Counted from the stretch's first letter, positions 30,131-40,137 are shown. The stretch: DNA of 64,000 nt from an uncultured delta proteobacterium (GCA_963727625.1 CAVSHR010000009.1:256001-320000); one strand, 5' to 3'. The notes: generated by a model from the sequence alone, not told the origin. Program-made: numbers and translations.

Positions 30131-31842
30131 GTGAAGGAATCTGTGATGCCGAAAGGCGTTGAGCACATGGCAGCATCGCGACGGATGGTGATCGACTCGT
30201 CGGGTGAAGGAATCTGTGATGCCGAAAGGCGTTGAGCACGCAGACCTCGATGATCGCGGTGATCCGCTCAGCGTGAAGGAATCTGTGATGCCGAAAGGCG
30301 TTGAGCACTACGAGTACTGATCCGTATCGTCGATGCGGTCCGTGGTGAAGGAATCTGTGATGCCGAAAGGCGTTGAGCACATCTAGGCAGTCGCTGATCA
30401 CACGAGCTTGCCGTGCAGCGTGAAGGAATCTGTGATGCCGAAAGGCGTTGAGCACTGCTGCCGTCGCTCAACGATCTCGCACCACCGAGGTGAAGGAATC
30501 TGTGATGCCGAAAGGCGTTGAGCACTAACCGCTGCAATCGCATCCAGACGCTGATCGCAACGTGTGAAGGAATCTGTGATGCCGAAAGGCGTTGAGCACT
30601 AGCCGCATGCGCGAGCGTCTGGCAGTCGAGGCACTGTCGTGAAGGAATCTGTGATGCCGAAAGGCGTTGAGCACAGACTCGCAGACGCAAGTCATCTGTG
30701 CACGCTATGACCAGTGTGAAGGAATCTGTGATGCCGAAAGGCGTTGAGCACGCGATCGAAGCCGATACTGCACGATGGCTAGCGGACCGTGAAGAATCTG
30801 TGATGCCGAAAGGCGTTGAGCACAAGCAGCGATTCGAGTCTGACGCAGCTCGCAACGGTGAAGGAATCTGTGATGCCGAAAGGCGTTGAGCACCATCGCA
30901 ATCGACATCGACGCCGTGCAGCTGACGTCGTGAAGGAATCTGTGATGCCGAAAGGCGTTGAGCACCGTCAAGGCGCGCTGACGTTGATCGAGCTGCACGA
31001 TCGTGAAGGAATCTGTGATGCCGAAAGGCGTTGAGCACAGTCTGAACGCCAGCTGACATGGCGACCGACGACTGTGAAGGAATCTGTGATGCCGAAAGGC
31101 GTTGAGCACAAGACGAATGCGGCAGACATCGAGACTGCAGTCCAGAGTGAAGAATCTGTGATGCCGAAAGGCGTTGAGCACGTCGTCGCTCGACCGGTCA
31201 CCGTGCAAATCGTCGTGTGAAGGAATCTGTGATGCCGAAAGGCGTTGAGCACCATCGCGGACACGGCTGACTTGACCGTCTGGCAGCGTGTGAAGGAATC
31301 TGTGATGCCGAAAGGCGTTGAGCACCACGACCGTGATGAGCCGAGACTATCGGCAGTCAAAGTGTGAAGGAATCTGTGATGCCGAAAGGCGTTGAGCACA
31401 CCGGCAGCGATCAGACAGCGATCGACGCGATGCAGCTGTGAAGGAATCTGTGATGCCGAAAGGCGTTGAGCACCAGTCATGATCTGCGAATGCCGATTGC
31501 GACGCTGTCCGGTGAAGGAATCTGTGATGCCGAAAGGCGTTGAGCACTGATGTCGCAGGTCAGTCGACGTCGATCGCCGAGTCGTGTGAAGGAATCTGTG
31601 ATGCCGAAAGGCGTTGAGCACATACGATGTGCATTACCGGCGACTTGATGGTGCTCGCGTGTGAAGGAATCTGTGATGCCGAAAGGCGTTGAGCACACGG
31701 CAAGTCTGCAGTCGATGCAGGCGACCGTGCGATCGGTGAAGGAATCTGTGATGCCGAAAGGCGTTGAGCACCTTCAGTACGACGTCATGTCCATCGACGA
31801 TTCGCTGTGAAGGAATCTGTGATGCCGAAAGGCGTTGAGCAC
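30131..31842 (+). CRISPR. CRISPR array, 24 repeats and 23 spacers (33-41 bp)
   Basis: 36-bp repeat GTGAAGGAATCTGTGATGCCGAAAGGCGTTGAGCAC; repeats 10 and 15 lack one G; internal hairpin GCC-GAAA-GGC. Confidence 0.99.
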
Positions 31843-31860
31843 TATATCAATGCAACCGAT

Positions 31861-32858
31861 GGGGTCAGACTTCTACGACTCAACTATCTTGCTCAGCCGG
31901 TCGACCTCCCGCCTGACCGTATCATCTGCTTGCAACCGATCGCTCAGCCGTGCGAGCAAGGTCGCGAGTGTCGCTATGTCTCTATTGAAATAGGCCGCCA
32001 CATCGCTTAACCGGTAACCGAGCCTTCGAACCAATACGTACGCCGCTATCGTGCGCGCTTTCGATATCGTCCAACCCCGATCCGGACTACGCAGCGCCTG
32101 AACCTCGATTTTCAACTGCTTCCCGAGCTCTCTCGCCATCGTCTCGATGGACCGCCGCGTCGGCCTTTTGCCCGAAAGACGCGCTTCCTTCTTCAGCAAC
32201 CTTTCGCCGAACCCCTCGGGGCCGAGAAACCTCTGATCCTCCACCGCATAGTATTTTTCCTTGTGCCCTTGGCTCAAACCGTCTTGAACAAACCTGCGAT
32301 AGGCCTGTTTCCCTCCCAACATCGATAAAACGGGCGCCGGATCGATCATTTCCGTAGCCTTCCCCTGTAGATACGCGTGATCCCCTGAGTAACGATAGCG
32401 CTCCGGACTCCTGACCATGCCGGCGCGCACCGGGTTGAGATGAATATAACGGATCAGCTGAAGCAGATACTCGTCTTTCTGGCAAAGGATCGCCTTGTAG
32501 CGCCCTTCAAATACGTGTCCGGTCTTACGGTGTTTAAGATTGAAATATTGGCTGTAGGATTGTTGCAGCCCTTGCATGAGTTTGGCGAGAGGGTGATGGG
32601 AACTCTCCACCAGCAAATGAACGTGATTGGGCATCAAACAGTAGGCGTGCAACTTGTAGTCGTATTTCTTGCGATAGCGCGCCAGTCGTTCGGTATAGGC
32701 CTGATAATCGCCGTCGGAGGTGAAAATCTTCTGCCGCTGGTTGCCGCGCACAATCACGTGATAGAGAACCCCTGCGGCAAATACTCTCGGCCGGCGCGCC
32801 ATGACGTGCTTCCATATCAAGGCGAATCAAGATAGTCAACTCGTAGAAGTCTGACCCC
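31861..32858 (-). mobile_element. 998-bp RAYT/Y1 transposase unit, copy 1, with 31-bp terminal inverted repeats
   Basis: left GGGGTCAGACTTCTACGACTCAACTATCTTG vs reverse complement of right end GGGGTCAGACTTCTACGAGTTGACTATCTTG (27/31). Confidence 0.85.
31873..32802 (-). CDS. REP-associated tyrosine (HUH/Y1) transposase with DnaA-C-like HTH tail
   Basis: YHVIVRGN, AYCLMPNHVHLL, GHVFEGRY, YIHLNPVRAG; C-terminal AR..AAY...LSDVAAYFNRD. Confidence 0.9.
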   Translation of the reverse strand: MARRPRVFAAGVLYHVIVRGNQRQKIFTSDGDYQAYTERLARYRKKYDYKLHAYCLMPNHVHLLVESSHHPLAKLMQGLQQSYSQYFNLKHRKTGHVFEGRYKAILCQKDEYLLQLIRYIHLNPVRAGMVRSPERYRYSGDHAYLQGKATEMIDPAPVLSMLGGKQAYRRFVQDGLSQGHKEKYYAVEDQRFLGPEGFGERLLKKEARLSGKRPTRRSIETMARELGKQLKIEVQALRSPDRGWTISKARTIAAYVLVRRLGYRLSDVAAYFNRDIATLATLLARLSDRLQADDTVRREVDRLSKIVES

Positions 32859-32906
32859 AAAGACTGCACCCAACCCCCGCTTCGTGGACCCTCTCGATAG
32901 GATCCC

Positions 32907-33938
32907 CTAATGATGATGACCGTATGTGGATTTGACAACGTCTTTGAGGTCCTTGGGCGCATCCAGAGCGTCTTTTACGAGCTCGGTCGCGTCATCACCC
33001 GAAAGGTACTGGATCGGTCGCTTGGCTTTCTTCGCGTGTGCAATCAGCGCAGGATCCTGCATGGCTTCGCTGAAGGCTTCCCTCAGAAAAGCAAGGCGGT
33101 CGGCCGGCATATCCGGCGGTGCCGCTACGGAGCGGCCGGTCGCTCGGAAGGAGGCAAGCGCTTTCAAAATACGAAACTGATGAGGAGTCAGTTCGTTTTG
33201 GATATCCGTGAGATCAGGGGTATCCGGAAACAACTTGTCTCTTCCCATCCCGATAGCGAGCAGCGCTCTCGCCGTGGCCGGCTGGATGTAAGGCAAAGAA
33301 GAATCCGTCGAGTGGACAGTCGCGTCAACTTCCCCCCGCGCCATTGCCGTGAAGAGCTCCGGAGTTGAATCAAACTGCGTTATGATGCGTAACTTTTTCT
33401 TCAGGGTCCCTTCGGCAATCTTGGCAAACATATAATCGCTGCCGCCGACGCCATTCGTGCCGAAGACAAGCGTTTTTTTCCACTTCAAAAAATCTTTTGG
33501 GGTCTGAATTTGCTTGAATGATGACCGGACCGACAGGAGGTCGGTCGATCCCGTAATGCGCCCGAGCCAGGAGAATTTGGTCACGTCGAACCTGACGCCC
33601 TGCTGCCCGGCGATTTGCGATGCAATAATCCCTGCCGTATTCATGATTCCGACCGTCAGGCCATTCGCATCGGCGGTGAATAAAGCATTGGTCCCGACAA
33701 GGCTACCGGCGCCGGGTTTATTGATGACGATAACCGTCGCGCCAAGATGTTTGGCAAAAAAGGGCGCGATAATCCGCGAGTAAATATCGTAGCCGCCGGC
33801 CCCATAGGGAACTATCCAGCTAACCGTCTTGCCCTTAAAATACGCTGCAGCCTCGTCATTGGCTGCGCTGGCCTGGCCGGCACTAAGCCCGAATACGAAC
33901 AATGCCAGAACCGTAATAAAGCTCAACTTCCTTAGCAT
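32907..33938 (-). CDS. tripartite tricarboxylate transporter substrate-binding protein (TctC/Bug family)
   Basis: signal peptide, FKGKTVSWIVPYGAGGYDIYSR, NKPGAGSL, AAPP. Confidence 0.88.
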   Translation of the reverse strand: MLRKLSFITVLALFVFGLSAGQASAANDEAAAYFKGKTVSWIVPYGAGGYDIYSRIIAPFFAKHLGATVIVINKPGAGSLVGTNALFTADANGLTVGIMNTAGIIASQIAGQQGVRFDVTKFSWLGRITGSTDLLSVRSSFKQIQTPKDFLKWKKTLVFGTNGVGGSDYMFAKIAEGTLKKKLRIITQFDSTPELFTAMARGEVDATVHSTDSSLPYIQPATARALLAIGMGRDKLFPDTPDLTDIQNELTPHQFRILKALASFRATGRSVAAPPDMPADRLAFLREAFSEAMQDPALIAHAKKAKRPIQYLSGDDATELVKDALDAPKDLKDVVKSTYGHHH

Positions 33939-34289
33939 CTCTGATACCTCCTCGAACGTAGATAACTGCGGATTCCGTTCCTTGAGGTTGTTAGCCGGCG
34001 AACGAAACACAAACCGTGCTTTGTCGGCCGCCCAAGGGCCGCTTTCACCACAAGACCAGCATCGTGCTCTCGATACGCATGCTACCGAGCCTGGGCCTAT
34101 GCATCAAATTCATCTCACTACCGAACATTATTCGCCCTTCGCGCACTTAAGGTCAAGCGCCAGCTTTTTCGCTGCCCGTTCAACCCTAAATTCTCCCCGG
34201 CGAGGTTACTTGGGGAGGCTGGGAGGCGACCTAGCGGGTCTTCGTCGTTCCGGCCATTGGAACTCTGATTGCGTTTCACGGTATGAATG

Positions 34290-35153
34290 TTAATCCGCAA
34301 GATAAACAGAAATGACACCGACCACCACGGATAGGGTCCCCACGACCATGTGAATGTTGACGCGTTCGAGATGACGCAAAAAAACAGCTCCGATGAGCAG
34401 GGTCCAGATCGGCGACGTCGCAACAATCGGGGAAACATAAACCACCGGACCGGACACAAAGGCGGTTAACATCAGCAAGACCGCGAAAGCCTCGAACAGT
34501 CCCGCTGTGACGAACGGTGCAACGGCCCTGGGATGGAAACGGACGGATTCTCTGGAAAACCCGAGGGATAGATAAGTCGCGAAACAACAAAGCGAGACGG
34601 TCACGACAAAAGCAGCAAAAAACAACGGCTCGGGTGAGACCCGCATGGCGTACCGCCTGATCGGATGAGTTATTCCCGTAAGGAGTGCCGTGCCTAGAGG
34701 GAACAGAAGATACCACCGGCGGAAGGTTGAAGTCGGTTCGCCGGCTTTCCAGGATGTTGCAATTGTACCGGCGACAATGAGAACGGTCCCCACGAGGCTC
34801 TGCGGACTAACGGGTTCGCCCAGGAAGAGTATCCCCATAAAAACGCTGTAGATCGGGTGTGTGGCGCGCAGCGTCACCGCGCGCGACGTGCCGACTTTGT
34901 CGATGCCCGTATAATGACAGAGGCGAACGAAGACCTGGAGGATTCCGGCTAACGCGATCGCCACGATGGCCGCTGATGCCACCTCGGGCACTCCTCGCCC
35001 CAAAACAACGGCCGCCCACAAAACCGAGGCCTGCGTAATCAAGGAGACAAGCGTTGCAACAGCGGGTGTCGAGTACACGAGCCCGCGCCGGACTAAAACA
35101 TTGGCGCCGGCATAGCTAAACGCGGTAAACAAAGCGAGCAGTCTTGGCGACAT
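34290..35153 (-). CDS. EamA/DMT transporter
   Basis: duplicated EamA halves, VSPIVATSPIW, FLRHLERV. Confidence 0.85.
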   Translation of the reverse strand: MSPRLLALFTAFSYAGANVLVRRGLVYSTPAVATLVSLITQASVLWAAVVLGRGVPEVASAAIVAIALAGILQVFVRLCHYTGIDKVGTSRAVTLRATHPIYSVFMGILFLGEPVSPQSLVGTVLIVAGTIATSWKAGEPTSTFRRWYLLFPLGTALLTGITHPIRRYAMRVSPEPLFFAAFVVTVSLCCFATYLSLGFSRESVRFHPRAVAPFVTAGLFEAFAVLLMLTAFVSGPVVYVSPIVATSPIWTLLIGAVFLRHLERVNIHMVVGTLSVVVGVISVYLAD

Positions 35154-35339
35154 CGAATACGAACGGTCCTTTCCCGCTCCAGTCGATCCGGGTGCCTTGA
35201 GACAATCATGCTTGAAATGCGGTTGTTTTCCTTTGATGCAAAGAAAAATAACCGCCAATGGCAAAAGAAGTTTGGCACTTGCGGTGTCGTACTTTTGCTC
35301 GGAGCGCCTGAAAGAGTTTTTCTACCAGATCGGCGGGAA

Positions 35340-36836
35340 TTAACTCGAGGGCGGAGATTCCATCTTTCGACGAACTCCGCGCAAAAGAGGGTAAATAAGG
35401 GTCACGATGATCGATAGGAGGAAAAGCAGAGTCAAAGGTCTCAGAAACATCGACCAGCCATAAAGCGAAATCGAAAGTAAAAGGTTCTTTTCCACAATTC
35501 GACCCAGCACCAGGCCGATGATCAGCGTCGCCCTTGAATAATCATGCTTCTTCAAATAATAGCCGCCGACACCGAAGGCGACGGCGACCAAAAAATCTCC
35601 CAGGTCGTTGTTGGTCGCGTAAGCGCCGAACACGGAGATTACAAAGACGACCGGCACGATCAACTCGCCTCGGATTTTCGTGATGAAAGCCATCCGGCGA
35701 GCCAAGACAAAACCGATGACCGCTCCGATGATATTGGAGGCCACCAGGATCCAGACCATCATAAATACAAGGTCAAGATTTTCCGTGAGCATTTTCGGGC
35801 CGGGCTGCAGTCCTAAAATGTAAAAGGCCCCGAGCAATATGGCCATCGCCTCGCTTCCTGGTATCCCGAAAGCAAGGGTCGGCACCAGAGAGCCTCCTTC
35901 CTTTGCGTTGTTGGCAGACTCCGGGCCTATGACGCCTTCGGGGGCACCCTTTCCGAACTGCGATGGATCCTTGGACGTCTGTACGGCGTGCCCATACGCC
36001 AAGAAATTGGCCACCACTCCGCCCAGGCCCGGAATAATGCCAATGATAGTTCCCATTGCGCTGCAGCGGAGAAACAGCGCCCAGTGGCGAAAGACATCTT
36101 TCATCCCTTCGAAGGGATTCCCTTTGACTTCGAGCCCCTCTTGCGCAATCGAGCCACCGCGGACAGCGAGGTCGATCATTTCGCCAACGGCGAATAATCC
36201 GATCACCGCGGGAACCAGCGGCATTCCGTCCCACAGGTAAAGTTGGCCAAATGTATAACGCAAGGTGCCCGTGGTAAGGTCCTGTCCGACAAAGGAGAGC
36301 ATAAGCCCCAACCCTCCCGTGACGAGCGACTTGAGGACAGCGCCGGACCCGAGGTAGGCGATGAATACGATTCCGAGAACTGCCAGCATGAAAAACTCCG
36401 GTGGCGCGAAGGCAAGCACGAGGGGTTGGAGCACCGGAATCAAGAGAGCCAGGACGACGGCCCCGAATAGACCCCCAAGACCCGAAGCGGTCATGGCAAT
36501 GCCAATAGCCCGGGCACCCTCACCGCGCTGGGCCATCGGGTAACCGTCAAAAACAGTGGCCACGTTGACAGCTGTACCGGGCACGCCGAAAAGGATGCTC
36601 GTCACGGAGCCCCCCGTTGTCGAGACCGCATAGACGCCAAGAAGCAAAGAGAGGGCAAATTCGGGCTTCATGCTAAAGGTAAGCGGCAAAATGAGCGCCA
36701 TGCCAAATATACCGCCGATGCCGGGGATGACACCGAGGATAAAGCCGAAGATGATCCCAATGAGCTGGTAGAGGAAGGCGGGGAAGCTCAGCATTTCGCT
36801 GAGCCCGCTAATAAGAGAAGCAACGATGTGCGCCAT
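35340..36836 (-). CDS. tctA: tripartite tricarboxylate transporter permease TctA
   Basis: ILFGVPGT, DGYPMAQRG, PESANNAKEGGSLVPTLAFGIPGS. Confidence 0.93.
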   Translation of the reverse strand: MAHIVASLISGLSEMLSFPAFLYQLIGIIFGFILGVIPGIGGIFGMALILPLTFSMKPEFALSLLLGVYAVSTTGGSVTSILFGVPGTAVNVATVFDGYPMAQRGEGARAIGIAMTASGLGGLFGAVVLALLIPVLQPLVLAFAPPEFFMLAVLGIVFIAYLGSGAVLKSLVTGGLGLMLSFVGQDLTTGTLRYTFGQLYLWDGMPLVPAVIGLFAVGEMIDLAVRGGSIAQEGLEVKGNPFEGMKDVFRHWALFLRCSAMGTIIGIIPGLGGVVANFLAYGHAVQTSKDPSQFGKGAPEGVIGPESANNAKEGGSLVPTLAFGIPGSEAMAILLGAFYILGLQPGPKMLTENLDLVFMMVWILVASNIIGAVIGFVLARRMAFITKIRGELIVPVVFVISVFGAYATNNDLGDFLVAVAFGVGGYYLKKHDYSRATLIIGLVLGRIVEKNLLLSISLYGWSMFLRPLTLLFLLSIIVTLIYPLLRGVRRKMESPPSS

Positions 36837-36869
36837 ACTCTGGGTTCCGAGATTGGTTGCCGGAGGGCG

Positions 36870-37373
36870 TTACGACCCTAACAGCGATTGCAGCAGCCCG
36901 TTGTAGAGCGGCAGCTTGAAGACGAAGACGAAAACAGTGTAGACGACCGCCCAGGCCCCAGCGGAAAGAAAGATAATTGTCTTCCACGACTGGTGCGCGC
37001 CGAACCAGAGGAAAAGAACGAGGAAAATAGGCACGGCCCAAAGCAGTCCAAACACTAAAATGAACGCGAGAAGGGCGAACAGCCATCCTATAATCCAAAG
37101 TTCTCTCTTCGATTCTACTTTTTTTTCCTCAACCGTGAGCTCGGTCTCGCGCCGAATGCCTTCCATGCTCTGCCCCCGGGCCGCACGGCCAGCCCTGCGG
37201 GAGATAAACTCTGTCACGAACACGATCAAGCTCAGGACAAAAGTAGGAATTCCTACGATCAGAGGGAGACGTCGTGCGGCCGCATCGAAGCTAAACCCGT
37301 CGTAGACGGCATAGCCGAGGATCAAAAAGAGGGCTAAATCGATGATAGTTTCCTCGGTAATGATCTTACGCAT
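36870..37373 (-). CDS. tctB: TctB family small membrane subunit
   Basis: about five TM helices, between tctC and tctA, VFKLPLYNG. Confidence 0.8.
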   Translation of the reverse strand: MRKIITEETIIDLALFLILGYAVYDGFSFDAAARRLPLIVGIPTFVLSLIVFVTEFISRRAGRAARGQSMEGIRRETELTVEEKKVESKRELWIIGWLFALLAFILVFGLLWAVPIFLVLFLWFGAHQSWKTIIFLSAGAWAVVYTVFVFVFKLPLYNGLLQSLLGS

Positions 37374-37459
37374 CGCGATACCTCTATACTGAGCCCAAGA
37401 ACTCGGTTGGCCGCGGGGGTAATGCCCCACGAGCCACACCCGATAAACGGCTTTCCTGA

Positions 37460-38572
37460 CTACTTATGCGTCGCAAAGCCCTTCTTGAGGATGTCTTTGA
37501 GCTCCTTCGGCGGATTGAGAACTTCCCGGATGTCTCTTTCCGCCTCTTCACCGGATATGTAATCCACAGGCCGATGCGCTTTATTGGCTTTGGCGATGAA
37601 GTCGGGATTGGTCAGCACTTTTTTCAGCGCGCCCCTGAGAAAATTCAGGCGCGACCCTTTCATTCCCGGGGGCGCCATGAGCGGGCGAGCAAGCTCATAA
37701 ATTTTGGAGTATGTTTCCAGCATCTGGTAATTGTCCTTGGAAATCGTGCCTTGGGTGTCTTTGATCGTTGCCACGTCGGGAAAATCTTTGTTTTTCTTTG
37801 TAGTCACGGTGAGCAGGGGACGCTCGTAGCCGTTCTTAATGTCGGTGTACGAAGAGGCGAGCGTGTTGCAATACATACCGGTCTCGTTGCGTCGGAGGGA
37901 AGCTTTCACCTCGACCGAACCGCCAAAGCCGAGAATCATATTAAATTTCGAGTTCAGCGCTTTTTCCAAAACAAGGCCACATACATACGGACCACCGCCC
38001 GCCGAGCCGAATTTGTAGCCTTTTTTGTTGTTCAAAACATCCTTCCATGACTGGATTTCTTTCAACGGCGCGCGAACGATGAGCGTGTTTGGATCGGGGG
38101 TGATCCCGGCGAGCCAGGTCATTTTGGCGAGGTCATAGCGCACGCCCGGTGCTCCCGCGATCTGAAAACCGATCGGCCCCTCTCCAAAGGCGGTTCCAAT
38201 CGTGAGACCATCGGGTTTAGCGACGTACAGATCATTCATGCCGATGAGCGATTGACCGCCCGGTTTATTCAAGACCACGACACTGGCGCCCGTATATTCT
38301 GCTAGATATGGCCCTATCATGCGGGCGTACGTGTCGACTCCGCCACCGGCTTTACTCGGCACGATAAAGGTGATCGTCTTTCCTTTGAAAAACGTCGCGT
38401 CCGAAGAGGCCGCACCGGCCTGATTGCCGGGCCATGAACTCAATACGAAAAGACTCAACGAAATCAGCAATAGTCTCCCAAGACGAAGCGCGGCACGCGC
38501 AGGATGCCTCCTTCGGCGAGATAGAAAAGAAACACTTCGCCCATTGGACTCTGTCGGTGTGCATATTGCCAT
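37460..38572 (-). CDS. second TctC/Bug family substrate-binding protein
   Basis: FFKGKTITFIVPSKAGGGVDTYAR, NKPGG, KPDGLTIG. Confidence 0.88.
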   Translation of the reverse strand: MAICTPTESNGRSVSFLSRRRRHPARAALRLGRLLLISLSLFVLSSWPGNQAGAASSDATFFKGKTITFIVPSKAGGGVDTYARMIGPYLAEYTGASVVVLNKPGGQSLIGMNDLYVAKPDGLTIGTAFGEGPIGFQIAGAPGVRYDLAKMTWLAGITPDPNTLIVRAPLKEIQSWKDVLNNKKGYKFGSAGGGPYVCGLVLEKALNSKFNMILGFGGSVEVKASLRRNETGMYCNTLASSYTDIKNGYERPLLTVTTKKNKDFPDVATIKDTQGTISKDNYQMLETYSKIYELARPLMAPPGMKGSRLNFLRGALKKVLTNPDFIAKANKAHRPVDYISGEEAERDIREVLNPPKELKDILKKGFATHK

Positions 38573-38771
38573 CTTAACCTCCTCGAAAAACATTGACGCG
38601 TCAGCATGGTGTGGTCAACCACGTCAGCTTCCGGATCAAGCTTTTAGCTCTCGGACTTATTTGCATTTATTCATGTGACTGTACTGTCGGATAGTACTAT
38701 GCCTTTTTTTTGTCAAGTGGTCGTCGTTTTTACTTCCACGTGACGATACCACACGGGAGGGGAGCGGATAA

Positions 38772-39769
38772 GGGGTCAGACTTCTACGACTCAACTATCT
38801 TGCTCAGCCGGTCGACCTCCCGCCTGACCGTATCATCTGCTTGCAACCGATCACTCAGCCGTGCGAGCAAGGTCGCGAGTGTCGCTATGTCTCTATTGAA
38901 ATAGGCCGCCACATCGCTTAACCGGTAACCGAGCCTTCGAACCAATACGTACGCCACTATCGTGCGCGCTTTCGATATCGTCCAACCCCGATCCGGACTA
39001 CGCAGCGCCTGAACCTCGATTTTCAACTGCTTCCCGAGCTCTCTCGCCACCGTCTCGATGGACCGCCGCGTCGGCCTTTTGCCCGAAAGACGCGCTTCCT
39101 TCTTCAGCAACCTTTCGCCGAACCCCTCGGGGCCGAGAAACCTCTGATCCTCCACCGCATAGTATTTTTCCTTGTGCCCTTGGCTCAAACCGTCTTGAAC
39201 AAACCTGCGATAGGCCTGTTTCCCTCCCAACATCGATAAAACAGGCGCCGGATCGATCATTTCCGTAGCCTTCCCCTGTAGATACGCGTGATCCCCTGAG
39301 TAACGATAGCGCTCCGGACTCCTTACCATGCCGGCGCGCACCGGGTTGAGATGAATATAACGGATCAGCTGAAGCAGATACTCGTCTTTCTGGCAAAGGA
39401 TCGCCTTGTAGCGCCCTTCAAATACGTGTCCGGTCTTACGGTGTTTAAGATTGAAATATTGGCTGTAGGATTGTTGCAGCCCTTGCATGAGTTTGGCGAG
39501 AGGGTGATGGGAACTCTCCACCAGCAAATGAACGTGATTGGGCATCAAACAGTAGGCGTGCAACTTGTAGTCGTATTTCTTGCGATAGCGCGCCAGTCGT
39601 TCGGTATAGGCCTGATAATCGCCGTCGGAGGTGAAAATCTTCTGCCGCTGGTTGCCGCGCACAATCACGTGATAGAGAACCCCTGCGGCAAATACTCTCG
39701 GCCGGCGCGCCATGACGCATTCCCATATCAAAATCAATCGAGATAGTCAATTTATAAAAGTCTGACCCT
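38772..39769 (-). mobile_element. 998-bp RAYT/Y1 transposase unit, copy 2
   Basis: left TIR identical to copy 1; right TIR more degenerate (GAGATAGTCAATTTATAAAAGTCTGACCCT). Confidence 0.85.
38784..39713 (-). CDS. REP-associated tyrosine transposase, copy 2
   Basis: about five substitutions vs copy 1 by eye (two amino-acid changes). Confidence 0.9.
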   Translation of the reverse strand: MARRPRVFAAGVLYHVIVRGNQRQKIFTSDGDYQAYTERLARYRKKYDYKLHAYCLMPNHVHLLVESSHHPLAKLMQGLQQSYSQYFNLKHRKTGHVFEGRYKAILCQKDEYLLQLIRYIHLNPVRAGMVRSPERYRYSGDHAYLQGKATEMIDPAPVLSMLGGKQAYRRFVQDGLSQGHKEKYYAVEDQRFLGPEGFGERLLKKEARLSGKRPTRRSIETVARELGKQLKIEVQALRSPDRGWTISKARTIVAYVLVRRLGYRLSDVAAYFNRDIATLATLLARLSDRLQADDTVRREVDRLSKIVES

Positions 39770-39779
39770 ATGCGTCCTG

Positions 39780-40001
39780 CTCAAGGCCGGCACCGTTCCG
39801 AGTTGGGTCACCGATCCGTACAAGCGCATCCACGAGGACGAAGAAGAACACGGCAACTACCCCTTCGAGATCCTGGTCCGATACGCGACGACGGAGGACA
39901 AACAAGAGCGCGCCGCCCGCGCCGTCGCAATGAGCCTGGCGCTGCGCCGCGCTTATTTTGACAATCTCGATCGGTGGGTGTTTGAGGGAAGGATACACTA
40001 A
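39780..40001 (+). pseudogene. 3' fragment of a second allele of the ferritin-like gene
   Basis: LKAGTVPSWVTDPYKRIHEDEEEHGNYPFEILVRY...DRWVFEGRIH-stop, colinear with 18374-18595. Confidence 0.9.
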
Positions 40002-40137
40002 GCCGCTACTGTTGCTCGACTAATAAATGATCAAATTGGCAGCCGAATTCCGACTCGACAATAATATCATCCCCAGAAGATTTCTCATTACTCTTAATAC
40101 GCTCTCCATACCTTCTATTGGTCGGCGGTACCTCAAA

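Larger units (their letters stand above)
18374..40001. mobile_element. defence/cargo genomic island bounded by a 222-bp imperfect direct repeat
   Basis: 18374-18595 and 39780-40001 are two alleles of the ferritin-like gene 3' end; the enclosed region has WYL, TA, CRISPR-Cas, RAYTs and tct genes. Confidence 0.7.

Noticed and set aside
30131-31842. Self-targeting spacers
   Set aside because: No spacer match noticed within the window by eye; the rest of the genome is not visible.
30099-32010. Repetitive ORFs (VLNAFRHHRFLH, CSTPFGITDSFT, KESVMPKGVEH)
   Set aside because: Translations of CRISPR repeats, not genes.
21925-39769. CRISPR-associated transposon (CAST) or TnpB/IscB system
   Set aside because: No TnsABC/TniQ, TnpB or IscB; cas3 and cas1 are present and the transposases are RAYT-type.
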